Source of the DNA: an uncultured Chitinophaga sp.
Lineage (GTDB): Bacteria > Bacteroidota > Bacteroidia > NS11-12g > UBA9320
DNA: 64,000 nucleotides
Direction of reading: 5' to 3'
Assembly: GCA_964617955.1 (NCBI GenBank)
Contig: CAZTXB010000014.1
Location: forward strand, 8,430-72,429
Of the stretch, positions 39,693 to 49,408 are shown in pieces. The notes below the pieces were generated by a model. It had not been told where the DNA came from, did not search any database, and saw only the letters and a program-made list of their open reading frames with translations. A program made the position numbers and the translations under genes. The first letter of the stretch is position 1. Every line of letters starts with the position of its first letter.

Positions 39693-40094
39693 TCAATACT
39701 CCACCTCCTGGCAATCACATTTCCTTATCACCCTCCGCCTTCCGTTCTTATTTATTTTTAACCAGGGTTTATTTTGGTCGTAGTATATAATCCATTTTAC
39801 GACTCCATGCTTATATTTTATTTTCTTTTGAATGCTTTGGTCAGGGTGGTACCATGTCCATATTTTATGCCTCTTTAAATTTTTAAAATAACCTTTCACC
39901 TCAACCTTAGCCTCAACCTTAGCCTCAACCTTATCCTCAACCTTATCCTCAACCTTATCCTCAACCTTAGCCTTAAAAATATAGGTACCCGTTTTTAAAG
40001 AATCGTAAACTATGGATTGAGCTTTGACAACTTGTAATCCCATCAATAGGATGGAAACTAACCAAATCCTACCTGTATTTTTTATATTAATCAA
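39693..40094 (-). CDS. Small secreted repeat protein (MORN/YwqK-like motif) with an internal (KVED/A)n tract.
   Basis: The signal peptide is [27 protein letters not shown]. The C-terminal half is W/Y/G-rich ([12 protein letters not shown]...[23 protein letters not shown]). The [24 protein letters not shown] tract is encoded by a 12-bp tandem repeat. Confidence 0.5.
   Translation of the reverse strand: MINIKNTGRIWLVSILLMGLQVVKAQSIVYDSLKTGTYIFKAKVEDKVEDKVEDKVEAKVEAKVEVKGYFKNLKRHKIWTWYHPDQSIQKKIKYKHGVVKWIIYYDQNKPWLKINKNGRRRVIRKCDCQEVEY
39901..39972. repeat. Perfect or near-perfect 12-bp tandem repeat, six copies, in frame within the CDS.
   Basis: The units are tcaaccttagcc, tcaaccttagcc, tcaaccttatcc, tcaaccttatcc, tcaaccttatcc and tcaaccttagcc. 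Confidence 0.9.
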
Positions 40095-40884
40095 TGATGG
40101 TAAGATGCGTTCCTGAGAAATAGAGCAATAATATCAAAACTCCCACAGCTATGCGATAGTAACCAAACCACTTAAAACCGTAACGGGTCAAAATATTTAT
40201 GAGGAAGCGTATGGCAAGGATTGAAACGACAAATGCGATGACATTGCCTAAGGCAAATAGTTTCCATTGTTCCTGGCTCACTTCAACGCCCGCTTTAAAA
40301 TAATCGTATAACGACATAACCGTGGCGCCAAGCATGGTGGGAACTGCCAAAAAAAATGAAAATTCAGCCGCAGCTTTTCGGGTTAAACCTTGGGTCATAC
40401 CTCCGATAATGGTAGCAGCCGATCTGGACACTCCGGGAATCATACTGATGGTTTGGAAAAGGCCTATGATAAAGGCGTTTTTGTAAGTGGTTTGCGTTTC
40501 GGTATCTTTTCTTCCTCTATCAAAAAAACCATCGATGAATACAAGAATGATTCCACCTATCACGAGGGCTATAGCCACCACCACCACATTTTCCAGGAGG
40601 GAATCGATCTGCTTCTTAAAAATCAGCCCGAAAATGACCGCAGGAATAAAGGCCACAAATAATTTAAAATAGAAATTAAAACTTTGAAAAAAGCGTTTCC
40701 AATACAAGGCTACAACAGCCATAATGGCTCCCAATTGAATGCACACTGTAAACAATTTTACAAAAGGCTCCGATTGAATTCCCATCGCTGAAGAAGCGAT
40801 TATCATATGCCCTGTGCTGCTCACCGGAATATACTCAGTGAGGCCTTCAACAATAGCCAGAACAATGGCTTCAATCAGCCCCAT
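40087..40884 (-). CDS. uppP: Undecaprenyl-diphosphate phosphatase.
   Basis: It starts [29 protein letters not shown], the BacA/UppP N-terminal signature. It has about 8 TM helices. The ORF track extends 30 nt further, to 40914. Confidence 0.85.
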   Translation of the reverse strand: MGLIEAIVLAIVEGLTEYIPVSSTGHMIIASSAMGIQSEPFVKLFTVCIQLGAIMAVVALYWKRFFQSFNFYFKLFVAFIPAVIFGLIFKKQIDSLLENVVVVAIALVIGGIILVFIDGFFDRGRKDTETQTTYKNAFIIGLFQTISMIPGVSRSAATIIGGMTQGLTRKAAAEFSFFLAVPTMLGATVMSLYDYFKAGVEVSQEQWKLFALGNVIAFVVSILAIRFLINILTRYGFKWFGYYRIAVGVLILLLYFSGTHLTIID

Positions 40885-41140
40885 GCTTGGCTTTAGGCTT
40901 ATACATAATGGCAATCACTCCGATTAAGAATCCGAGAATGACCACTATGGGTGCAAGGGTTGTTTGCCTGAAATCGTAAACCTGTTCAGGCGTTCCGTAC
41001 ATGAGTAGAAAACCGATGAGAACCACACCAAATGCCAGAGCGGCCAGCATGTAATTTTGTTTACCAAAAACCATATCTATTTTGGTGTTGGGAGTCACTT
41101 TAAAACCCTGCTTTGCTTTTTCCTGTACTTTCTTCGACAT
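40871..41140 (-). CDS. DUF3098-like small membrane protein, a conserved FtsX neighbour in Bacteroidetes.
   Basis: The 89-aa protein has two TM helices. It lies immediately downstream of ftsX and upstream of uppP. Confidence 0.55.
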   Translation of the reverse strand: MSKKVQEKAKQGFKVTPNTKIDMVFGKQNYMLAALAFGVVLIGFLLMYGTPEQVYDFRQTTLAPIVVILGFLIGVIAIMYKPKAKHGAD

Positions 41141-41148
41141 ATAATTAA

Positions 41149-42063
41149 CTAATAAAGATCTTCAATGTTGCTATACAAATAGCGCTTGGTGCTCCAATAG
41201 GTGCAAATAATTGAAATGAGCATACCTACGAGAAACAAGCCTGCAAATAACGAAGAATAAATGAATATTTCTTCCATCAAATTTTTGGAGGCAATCCACT
41301 GTATATCATCTAAAACCAAGAGATGACTCACCCATTTTTCCATCACATAAAAGGAACCTACCAATAACACGGACGAAAATAAAAAACCTAAAGTTGCCTG
41401 CCAAGCGGCCTTTTTTAAAAAGGGGGCTATGATAAACCCTTCTGTGGCCCCGACCAATTGCATGCTCCTGATTAAAAACCGCTTGCTGTAAATGCTCAGG
41501 CGTATGGTACTATTGATTAAAAAAAATGCGATGATAATAAAAAGCAGACCAATGATGGCCAAGGTGCCTGACACCAACTCTTTGTTTTTATTGATTTCGT
41601 CGATCAAACTGATCTGTGTCAAAACCTCCGTAACCCCTTCATAGCGGTACAACTCACTTTCTATTTTTTTCAAACGGCTTCGGTCGCCATGTTTTGCCTT
41701 TATGGAAACCTCTATGCTGGCTGGCAGAGGATTGTACCCAAGTATATCTACAAAGTCTTGTTCAAGTTCCTTTTTATAGGAAAAAGCCGCTTCTTCGCTG
41801 CTTAGGTAAATAGCCTCTTTTACATACGTCTTTTCTTTTATGGAAGCCAGAACTTTAAGAATCGTACTTTCCGCTGTGCCTTGCGCGAAGTAGACATTCA
41901 CATGGACTTTTTCCTTGAGGTTATCCACCAGTTTTTGGCCGGCAAAAAAAAGTAAACCCGACAAGCCCAGTAAAAAAAGAATAATGGTAATGCTAACTAC
42001 CGGAGGCCAGGAGGATGGATCACGTCTTGTAATTCGAGGGCTTGAAGTATTAAAATTACTCAT
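41149..42063 (-). CDS. ftsX: Cell division protein FtsX (ABC-transporter permease-like).
   Basis: The protein has an N-terminal TM helix, a periplasmic domain and three C-terminal TM helices with the FtsX motif (RSMQLVGATEGFIIAPFL). Confidence 0.8.
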   Translation of the reverse strand: MSNFNTSSPRITRRDPSSWPPVVSITIILFLLGLSGLLFFAGQKLVDNLKEKVHVNVYFAQGTAESTILKVLASIKEKTYVKEAIYLSSEEAAFSYKKELEQDFVDILGYNPLPASIEVSIKAKHGDRSRLKKIESELYRYEGVTEVLTQISLIDEINKNKELVSGTLAIIGLLFIIIAFFLINSTIRLSIYSKRFLIRSMQLVGATEGFIIAPFLKKAAWQATLGFLFSSVLLVGSFYVMEKWVSHLLVLDDIQWIASKNLMEEIFIYSSLFAGLFLVGMLISIICTYWSTKRYLYSNIEDLY

Positions 42064-42387
42064 GGTCTGTACTACTTCAAAAAAACAATTTTTTGATCAA
42101 ACTTTTGCTTTTAATAATTCACACCCAACCGACAAGTTTAAAAACGACTTCGGGTACAGACATACCTCTTGTTTGCAAAGCTTAAAAAAATTATATATTG
42201 GAGCGATGCCGTTACATCTTGCCACAACTCCTAATAAAGTGGCCTAAGACTTTCTTCATTTTTAAAACAGTTCCAGAATACCCTAATTTGAGTGACGATT
42301 CTTAAAATGAAACAGGGTGGCAGGAAGTTTTATGAAAACAAAATGATGACTAACCTGCCATCAATCCATACGCTTCAACCGTAGCCT

Positions 42388-43896
42388 TTAGTCCCATTTC
42401 TCGGGCCGCATTTGCGGAAAGAACAAAACCTCTTGAATCGAGGCCTGATTGGTAAGCAACATCACCAGTCGGTCCATACCAATTCCTATACCTGCCGTAG
42501 GAGGCATCCCATACTCCAGGGCTCTTAAAAAATCCTGATCAATAAACATGGCTTCGTCATCGCCCTTTTCACTCAAGCGCATTTGCTCCATGAATCGTTC
42601 TCTTTGGTCAATGGGGTCGTTAAGCTCGCTGTAGCAGTTGGCTATTTCCTTTCCATTGATAATCAACTCAAAACGCTCTGTCAAAGTAGGGTCGCTGCGG
42701 TGAATTTTGGTTAAGGGGCTCATTTCTATGGGATAGTCCATGATAAAAGTGGGTTGAATCAGGTGATGTTCAACCAGTTCACCAAACAACGCATCAATCA
42801 TTTTGCCGATTCCCATTTTTTCGTCGGCGTGGATTCCCTTGCTTTTGCAAATTGTCCTCAACTCAGCCTCTCCCTTGCCTTTAACATCAACATTTCCATA
42901 TTTTTTAATCGCATCAATAATGCCAATTCTTTCAAATGGTTTTCCGAAGTCGATTTGGTTATCGCCAAAAGCCACTTCGTCACTGCCCGTAACTTCGAAG
43001 GCCACCTGCTGAAGCATTTTTTCAGTGGTATCCATCATCCAGTAATAGTCCTTGTAGGCCACGTAAAGCTCCATGATGGTGAACTCCGGATTATGGGTGC
43101 GATCCATGCCTTCATTCCTAAAATCTTTGGCAAACTCATAAACCCCGTCAAAACCACCAACGATGAGACGCTTCAGGTATAATTCATTGGCTATTCTTAA
43201 ATACAATTCTGTATCCAGGGCATTGTGATGGGTTACAAAGGGGCGAGCAGCTGCACCACCCGGGATGGGCTGTAAAATGGGCGTCTCCACTTCCATATAA
43301 CCTAAGTTGTTGAGAAAGTTGCGCATGCTTGTAAATACTTTATTGCGCTTAATAAAAATGTCCTTTTGGTGGCGGTTCACTATCAAATCGACGTATCGCA
43401 TGCGGTAGCGCGCTTCAGGGTCGGTAAAGGAGTCATAAATTACCCCGTCTTTTTCTTTAGGTAAGGGCAAGGGGTTCAGCGCCTTGGAAAGGAGAGTAAG
43501 CTCTGACACATGTACACTGGTTTCGCCGGTTTGGGTGGTAAACACATATCCCTTCACGCCAATAATATCACCGATGTCCAGCAATTTTTTAAAAACTTCA
43601 TTGTACTGGGTCTTGTCTTCGCCCGGACAAATTTCATCGCGGTTGACATATATTTGAATTCTTCCTGAGGCATCCTGGATAACGGCAAAGGCAGCTTTGC
43701 CCATGATTCGAATGGACATGATGCGCCCGGCCATTGAAATATCCTTGTAATTCAGCTTATCGTTTTGATAGTTTTCGAGGATATCGGCTGCCTGCGCATT
43801 AACCTCGTAAGGCTGTGCGGGATAAGGGTTTATACCTAATTCTCGCAAACGCTTTAGCTTTTCGCGTCTTTGAATCTGTAGTTCATTTAATTCCAT
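42388..43896 (-). CDS. lysS: Lysine--tRNA ligase (class II).
   Basis: It contains [23 protein letters not shown], class II motifs 1-3 ([24 protein letters not shown]) and ends ...[11 protein letters not shown]. Confidence 0.9.
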   Translation of the reverse strand: MELNELQIQRREKLKRLRELGINPYPAQPYEVNAQAADILENYQNDKLNYKDISMAGRIMSIRIMGKAAFAVIQDASGRIQIYVNRDEICPGEDKTQYNEVFKKLLDIGDIIGVKGYVFTTQTGETSVHVSELTLLSKALNPLPLPKEKDGVIYDSFTDPEARYRMRYVDLIVNRHQKDIFIKRNKVFTSMRNFLNNLGYMEVETPILQPIPGGAAARPFVTHHNALDTELYLRIANELYLKRLIVGGFDGVYEFAKDFRNEGMDRTHNPEFTIMELYVAYKDYYWMMDTTEKMLQQVAFEVTGSDEVAFGDNQIDFGKPFERIGIIDAIKKYGNVDVKGKGEAELRTICKSKGIHADEKMGIGKMIDALFGELVEHHLIQPTFIMDYPIEMSPLTKIHRSDPTLTERFELIINGKEIANCYSELNDPIDQRERFMEQMRLSEKGDDEAMFIDQDFLRALEYGMPPTAGIGIGMDRLVMLLTNQASIQEVLFFPQMRPEKWD

Positions 43897-43979
43897 TCCT
43901 AAAAAGAACTGCGAATATAAGGCTTCGTAAGCAACTCTTTTAGCAAAGCGGTTGTCTAATCAACAAGGATTGCCGAATT

Positions 43980-46900
43980 TTGAGTGAGCCAATGCCTAAA
44001 GGTAGCAACATATTATTCTTAGTCTTTTTAGCGCTTTGTCCTGGGTTTGGATTTTCACAAAGCGATGCGTCCCTGGCCTTTGTCAAAAATTTGGGCCAAT
44101 TTGAACCAGAGGTTTTGTTCAGAGTACAACTTCATCACGGCTATATTTATTTGGAAAAAAACGGCATCACCTTTAAGTTGTTCGAAGAACAGGATTACAA
44201 TGAGCATCACCGCCATTTAAGCCACGACATCGAAAAGGAAGAAACGGCTATGCGTGGACATTCTTTTCAGTACCGTTTTCTAAACAGCATGCCACTTGCG
44301 ATTGAAGGTTTAGAACCTTTTCAAGAGAAACACAATTATTTTTTGGGAAACGATAAAAAAAAGTGGGCTTCACATGTTCCACTCTTTTCTGAGGTGGTTT
44401 ATAAAAACATTTATCCATCCATCGATTTAAAAATCTTTTCGCAATTCGGACGCTTAAAATATGAATGGGAAGTGAATCCTGGCGCTCAGATCAAGGACAT
44501 TTCTATAGAAATAATAGGGCTCGATTCGCTAAGCGTTAAGGAGAATAACCTATTGCTGTATACCTCTATAGGATGCTTTCCCGATAAAAACTTGTGGGTT
44601 TGGCAAAAACCTAATAAAGAATTAAACGCCAGGCAACTTGTAGCTAGCCAGTACCGAATAACTCATAACGTGGTGAGCTATTTTTTACCTGAGGGGTATG
44701 ATCAAACGCTGCCTTTGATCATTGACCCGGTGTTGGTATTTTCGACTTATTCGGGTTCTAAGGGCGACAACTTTGGATTCACAGCTACTTATGATGCGAG
44801 GGGAAATTTATACGCAGGTGGCATCACCGACAACACCCATGGAGAGTACCCCGTTACCAAAGGGGCCTTTCAGGACAGCTGCCATAAAGGATATGGTGGC
44901 ACGGGTGGCAGGGGCCGACCGCCGGTAAATTTGCCATGTGACATCACCATTAGCAAATACGATTCATCCGGCAAAAATTTACTTTATGCCACCTATGTTG
45001 GAGGCAGCGACGATGAGTATCCACATAGCATGGTGGTGAATTCAAAAAATGAGCTCATGGTTTTCGGGACCTCTTATTCATTTAACTTTCCAATGTTGGC
45101 AAGTGGATATGATACCTCGCACCACAGGGATACCGGCAGCATCATCGACACCGACATTGTAGTTTTCATATTATCAGAGAAAGGAGATTCATTAAAAGGC
45201 TCTACTTTTTTTGGCGGAAGCAAAAACGACGGTCTCACAAACTCAGCCTTGCGGTATAATTACGCCGACGATTTCAGAGGTGAGGTACTCACAGATAAGT
45301 CTGATAATATTTTTGTAGTTAGCAATACCAATTCGCCCAAACTTCCAATGATAAAATCGATTAAGGATACGCTTGAAGGGGTTTCGGATGGCATCTGCCT
45401 TAAATTTTCCAAAGGGCTCGACCAACTGTTATGGTCAACCTATTACGGAGGAAACAATGCCGATGCGATTTACAGTTTGGAGTTCGACCAAGACGAGAAC
45501 ATTTACATTGGCGGCGGCACCTCGAGCACAAATCTACCTAAAAGCACGGGCAGTTTCGGGAGCTCCAATCATGGTGGAATAGATGGCTTCGTGGCCTCTT
45601 TTAAAAAAGACAGTTTCAGTTTGAAACAAAGCACTTATTTTGGAACCGCTGCCTATGACCAGCTTTATTTTTTAGAAATCGACAAGCTGGGCAAAATTTA
45701 TGCTACAGGACAAACCGAGGGCAATATCACGGCCTCCTATGGCACCTATAACAATCGCCAAAATGCAGGGCAGTTTATTTTTATTTGTGATGATTCACTC
45801 AAAAGAATACACAAACAAACGGTGTTCGGGTCAATGACCAACAAACCAAATTTTTCCCCCTCTGCCTTTTTGGTCGATTCTTGTGGAAGCATTTATATCT
45901 CCGGTTGGGGGTTAACTTCAGGTTTGCCCATCACCTCCAATGCCTTACAAAGCTCAACCGACGGCCAAGATTTTTATTTAGCAGTTTTTGCAAAAAACAT
46001 TTCTAGTTTATTGTTCGGTACATTTTTTGGTGGCAATAAATCTCAGGACCATGTGGATGGAGGCACAAGCAGGTTCGACAAAAAAGGCATCATTTACCAG
46101 TCGGTTTGTTCAAGCTGCCCTGGCACCCCAGGTTCAACTTTAAATGATTTTCCGACCACAAGCTCGGCCGCATTTCCAAAAAATGTAAGTTGGCGATGCA
46201 GCAATGCAGCTTTCAAAATCGATTTTCAAATCAACAACGTTGTCAAGGCAAAATTCAAACCCGATTCCATTTTATGTGGTCCTGCCGATATTCAATTCTC
46301 TAACCAAAGCATTGGAAATGGAAGGTATTTCTGGAGTTTTGGCGATGGCCAAACTTCAACAGCCCTGGTGCCAAAACACAGTTATGCCGACACTGGAAAA
46401 TACACCATTCAACTCATTGCCATTGACTCCAACGCCTGTAACTTTTCTGATACCGCCATTAGAAAAATTCAGGTTCTACAAAAACCTACAGCCCTTTTCA
46501 CCGCTGTGGTTTCCAAATGTTTTAATCAGGTAGAAATCACCCACAAAAGCAAAGATTTTACCACCCTGCACTGGAATTATGGTGACGGGAATCAAGACCA
46601 GGTTCAGTCCCCCAATCCCAGGGTTTACAAATACGACACCGGGAGTTACAGGCTGAGTTTAATAACCGACGCCAACAAATTCTGTAAAGATTCCATGAGC
46701 CTAAACCTCAAAATAAATGAAATTAAATATGTAAAAGCTTTGTTCAAACCCGATACCACCTTATGCGGCCCGGCCAGAGTTCAATTCAAAAATTACAGCG
46801 ACAGCTCGGCAACCTACTTTTGGGATTTTGGGGACGATAGCACCTCATCCGCAAAAAACCCCCTTCATTCTTTTCCCTCCACCGGTCAGTATCATATTAA

Positions 46901-48470
46901 GCTCATAGTAACGGATAGCAACTCTTGCAATGGCAGCGACAGTGTGTTAAAAGTGGTGAATATTTTAAAAAAGCCCGATGCAATATTTAATTTAAAACAA
47001 TACAAATGCAACTGGGAAATTGATTTGAAAAACAGTTCTAAATCATACCGCTCCGTTAAGTGGAGTTTTGGTGATGGTAACTCCAGTACGGATAGCAATT
47101 TAACATCTTACACTTACAACAGTCCAGGGAAATATAAATTGACCCTTTATGCCGACAATAATTACTGTTCGGACAGCATGACCAAAGAACTGGAAATTAA
47201 AATAAAGACCTATGTAAAAGCAGGTTTTGAGCCTGACACGCTTTTTTGCGGTCCAGGAACCGTAAAATTTAGAAATGTAGGAACAGGAGCTTATTTATGG
47301 GATTTTGGTGACTCTAAAACGTCTACTGACACGAATCCTTCTAACTTTTATGCGAAAGAGGGGGTGTTTAGGGTAAAACTTGCTGTAAAAGACAGTTCAA
47401 CTTGCAATGAGCAGGACAGCGCGTTTAGAACGGTAGAAGTCATACCCATTCCTAAAGCCGATTTTAACCTAATCGTTCAACGATGTAGAAGTGAGGTTGA
47501 AGTTGAGAATAACAGTGTCAACCACCTCTATTCGAATTGGCAATTTGGCGATGGGGCGTTAAGCACTTTAGAAAACCCAATATCACATGTTTATTCAAAT
47601 ACGGGAACTTACACCATCACCCTGAAAATAGCCCACAAAATATGTAAGGACAGTATTTCAAAAACATTTGAACTAAAACCTAAAACTTTTGTAATTGCCG
47701 GTTTCAAACCCGACACGGCCTTATGCGACCCGGGTGATGTGCAATTCCGAAACTTAAGTTCAGGATCCGGCTTGTATAGGTGGGATTTTGGAGAGGGTTC
47801 AACTTCCGCTTTGTTTGAGCCGATGCATCGCTTTAATCGAATTGGTCGTTTTATTACAAAACTTTTGGTTGAGGATACCAGTACCTGTAATTTAAAAGAT
47901 TCTGCATTTAGAACCATTGACATAAACCCGCAAAGTCATGCCGCCTTTCATCTGAATGTCTCTGAATGTTTGAGTCATGTAGAGATTATAAATAACAGTG
48001 AAACTTTTCAAACAGTAGACTGGGATTTTGGAGATGGGGGTACCAGCCAAAAAGAGCATCCCGGGATTTACACCTACAAAGACTCGGGAAAATACCGCAT
48101 CCGACTCATCACCGATGCGGGAAATGTTTGCCCTGATACTGCCTATTTCCTGGCTCATGTTACGGGTACTCCTGCCGATATTTTTTTGCCAATAAACGTG
48201 TTTACCCCTGATGGAGATGGCCTAAACGATTGCTTTCATTTCGGGGGTCGACTCAACCATTGCAGTGAAATAAAAATTTATATTTATGACCGATGGGGTC
48301 TTAAAATGTTTGAAACCGACGATTTCAACTCCTGCTGGAACGGTCGCATTTTCAATTCAGGCAGAGAGTGTCCCGAGGCTACTTATTTTTACTTATGCCA
48401 CTACAAAGGGGAGTCAACATCTATCCAATCCAGGTTTTCCGGAACCGTAACGCTCATCCGAGGTAAGTAG
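43980..48470 (+). CDS. Giant secreted protein of 1496 aa. It has an N-terminal beta-propeller (SBBP-like) region, about 10 tandem PKD-like domains and a T9SS type-B C-terminal domain.
   Basis: The signal peptide is ILFLVFLALCPGFGFSQS. There are repeated F.PD...CGP..V.F.N.S.G...Y.WDFGDG.TS modules. The C-terminus reads INVFTPDGDGLNDCFHF...IYDRWGLKMFE...CWNGR...ATYFY...GTVTLIRGK. Confidence 0.9.
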   Translation: MSEPMPKGSNILFLVFLALCPGFGFSQSDASLAFVKNLGQFEPEVLFRVQLHHGYIYLEKNGITFKLFEEQDYNEHHRHLSHDIEKEETAMRGHSFQYRFLNSMPLAIEGLEPFQEKHNYFLGNDKKKWASHVPLFSEVVYKNIYPSIDLKIFSQFGRLKYEWEVNPGAQIKDISIEIIGLDSLSVKENNLLLYTSIGCFPDKNLWVWQKPNKELNARQLVASQYRITHNVVSYFLPEGYDQTLPLIIDPVLVFSTYSGSKGDNFGFTATYDARGNLYAGGITDNTHGEYPVTKGAFQDSCHKGYGGTGGRGRPPVNLPCDITISKYDSSGKNLLYATYVGGSDDEYPHSMVVNSKNELMVFGTSYSFNFPMLASGYDTSHHRDTGSIIDTDIVVFILSEKGDSLKGSTFFGGSKNDGLTNSALRYNYADDFRGEVLTDKSDNIFVVSNTNSPKLPMIKSIKDTLEGVSDGICLKFSKGLDQLLWSTYYGGNNADAIYSLEFDQDENIYIGGGTSSTNLPKSTGSFGSSNHGGIDGFVASFKKDSFSLKQSTYFGTAAYDQLYFLEIDKLGKIYATGQTEGNITASYGTYNNRQNAGQFIFICDDSLKRIHKQTVFGSMTNKPNFSPSAFLVDSCGSIYISGWGLTSGLPITSNALQSSTDGQDFYLAVFAKNISSLLFGTFFGGNKSQDHVDGGTSRFDKKGIIYQSVCSSCPGTPGSTLNDFPTTSSAAFPKNVSWRCSNAAFKIDFQINNVVKAKFKPDSILCGPADIQFSNQSIGNGRYFWSFGDGQTSTALVPKHSYADTGKYTIQLIAIDSNACNFSDTAIRKIQVLQKPTALFTAVVSKCFNQVEITHKSKDFTTLHWNYGDGNQDQVQSPNPRVYKYDTGSYRLSLITDANKFCKDSMSLNLKINEIKYVKALFKPDTTLCGPARVQFKNYSDSSATYFWDFGDDSTSSAKNPLHSFPSTGQYHIKLIVTDSNSCNGSDSVLKVVNILKKPDAIFNLKQYKCNWEIDLKNSSKSYRSVKWSFGDGNSSTDSNLTSYTYNSPGKYKLTLYADNNYCSDSMTKELEIKIKTYVKAGFEPDTLFCGPGTVKFRNVGTGAYLWDFGDSKTSTDTNPSNFYAKEGVFRVKLAVKDSSTCNEQDSAFRTVEVIPIPKADFNLIVQRCRSEVEVENNSVNHLYSNWQFGDGALSTLENPISHVYSNTGTYTITLKIAHKICKDSISKTFELKPKTFVIAGFKPDTALCDPGDVQFRNLSSGSGLYRWDFGEGSTSALFEPMHRFNRIGRFITKLLVEDTSTCNLKDSAFRTIDINPQSHAAFHLNVSECLSHVEIINNSETFQTVDWDFGDGGTSQKEHPGIYTYKDSGKYRIRLITDAGNVCPDTAYFLAHVTGTPADIFLPINVFTPDGDGLNDCFHFGGRLNHCSEIKIYIYDRWGLKMFETDDFNSCWNGRIFNSGRECPEATYFYLCHYKGESTSIQSRFSGTVTLIRGK

Positions 48471-48708
48471 GGCCTGCTGAAAAAGTTCAGTGTGCGTGCA
48501 GGACGAGGCGGCAAAGCGCAGATGTACTTTGACGTACCTCAAGCTGCAGCCGCCGAAGTGATGCATGTGCAATGAACTAACGACTTTATGAAGGAATTTG
48601 ATGCATGACATTTTCATACTTTACTGATTTTATCGTGCATTAATAGAAATAGAAGCTAATGTGAACCTAATCATATCAAGCTTTGAAGTGTTTTTCAGCA
48701 GGCCCTAA
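48468..48708. repeat. Intergenic element, copy 2, with a perfect 15-bp terminal inverted repeat (GGGCCTGCTGAAAAA ... TTTTTCAGCAGGCCC).
   Basis: It begins exactly at the TAG stop of the 1496-aa gene. About 26 nt on the left and about 60 nt on the right are conserved with copy 1. The interior is a GC-rich segment with internal inverted repeats. Confidence 0.6.
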
Positions 48709-48747
48709 GTAAAGTGCACCTTGGATTGATCAGCTACTTTTTGTAAA

Positions 48748-49389
48748 TCATTTTACAATCATGGTTTCTTCAAAAAATTTCACTTCCCCAGTGATGATAT
48801 CATGCACTCCACCTACAATTCCAATTTCGCCGTTTTCAATCATGCTCTTCAAAATCGGGCTCCTTTCGGTAATCGCCTTAAGTGCCCTGTTCACGTTGAT
48901 ACCGGTCACTTTGTCAACGAAGGCCTCGTTATTTGAGTTTCTATTTTCCTTTACCGTGGTTTCATCATCAACAGCAGGTCTGATTTTTGAAAGCAGTGAA
49001 GTTAAATTACCCATCTCCACGTGATCACAAGCTCCTTTAACGGCCCCACATCGGTTGTGGCCCATAATGGCTATAATTTTTGAGCCGGCTACCTTACAGG
49101 CAAATTCCATACTCCCTAAAATATCCTCATTGATAATGTTGCCGGCAATACGAATACTGAATATATCGCCAAGGCCCTGATCAAAAATTAACTCCGCCGA
49201 AGTACGGCTATCGATACAACTTAATATCACCGCAAAGGGATGTTGCCCATCTGACGTTTCGTTGGCTTGTTGCAAAAGATTGCGGTTTAATTTTAAGTTA
49301 TTGACAAATCGCTTGTTTCCATCCTTTAATAATTGGAGTGCCATGGACGGAGTAATGGCTGCTTGCATTTCTTTTGTGAGCGTTTTCAT
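48748..49389 (-). CDS. Beta-class carbonic anhydrase.
   Basis: The zinc ligand motifs are present: SCIDSR (C-x-D-x-R) and HNRCGAV (H-x-x-C). Confidence 0.85.
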   Translation of the reverse strand: MKTLTKEMQAAITPSMALQLLKDGNKRFVNNLKLNRNLLQQANETSDGQHPFAVILSCIDSRTSAELIFDQGLGDIFSIRIAGNIINEDILGSMEFACKVAGSKIIAIMGHNRCGAVKGACDHVEMGNLTSLLSKIRPAVDDETTVKENRNSNNEAFVDKVTGINVNRALKAITERSPILKSMIENGEIGIVGGVHDIITGEVKFFEETMIVK

Positions 49390-49408
49390 TATAGCTGTTT
49401 TTTTTTAT

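Noticed and set aside
39535-39783. 82-aa ORF on the plus strand rich in P/Q/T/N (…[13 protein letters not shown]…).
   Set aside because: It overlaps the 3' end of the MORN-like gene and consists of C/A-rich low-complexity sequence. It is more likely non-coding 3' flank.
48414-48617. 67-aa minus-strand ORF across the inverted-repeat element.
   Set aside because: It spans the repeat element and the 3' end of the giant gene. It has no conserved features, and the element is better explained as non-coding.
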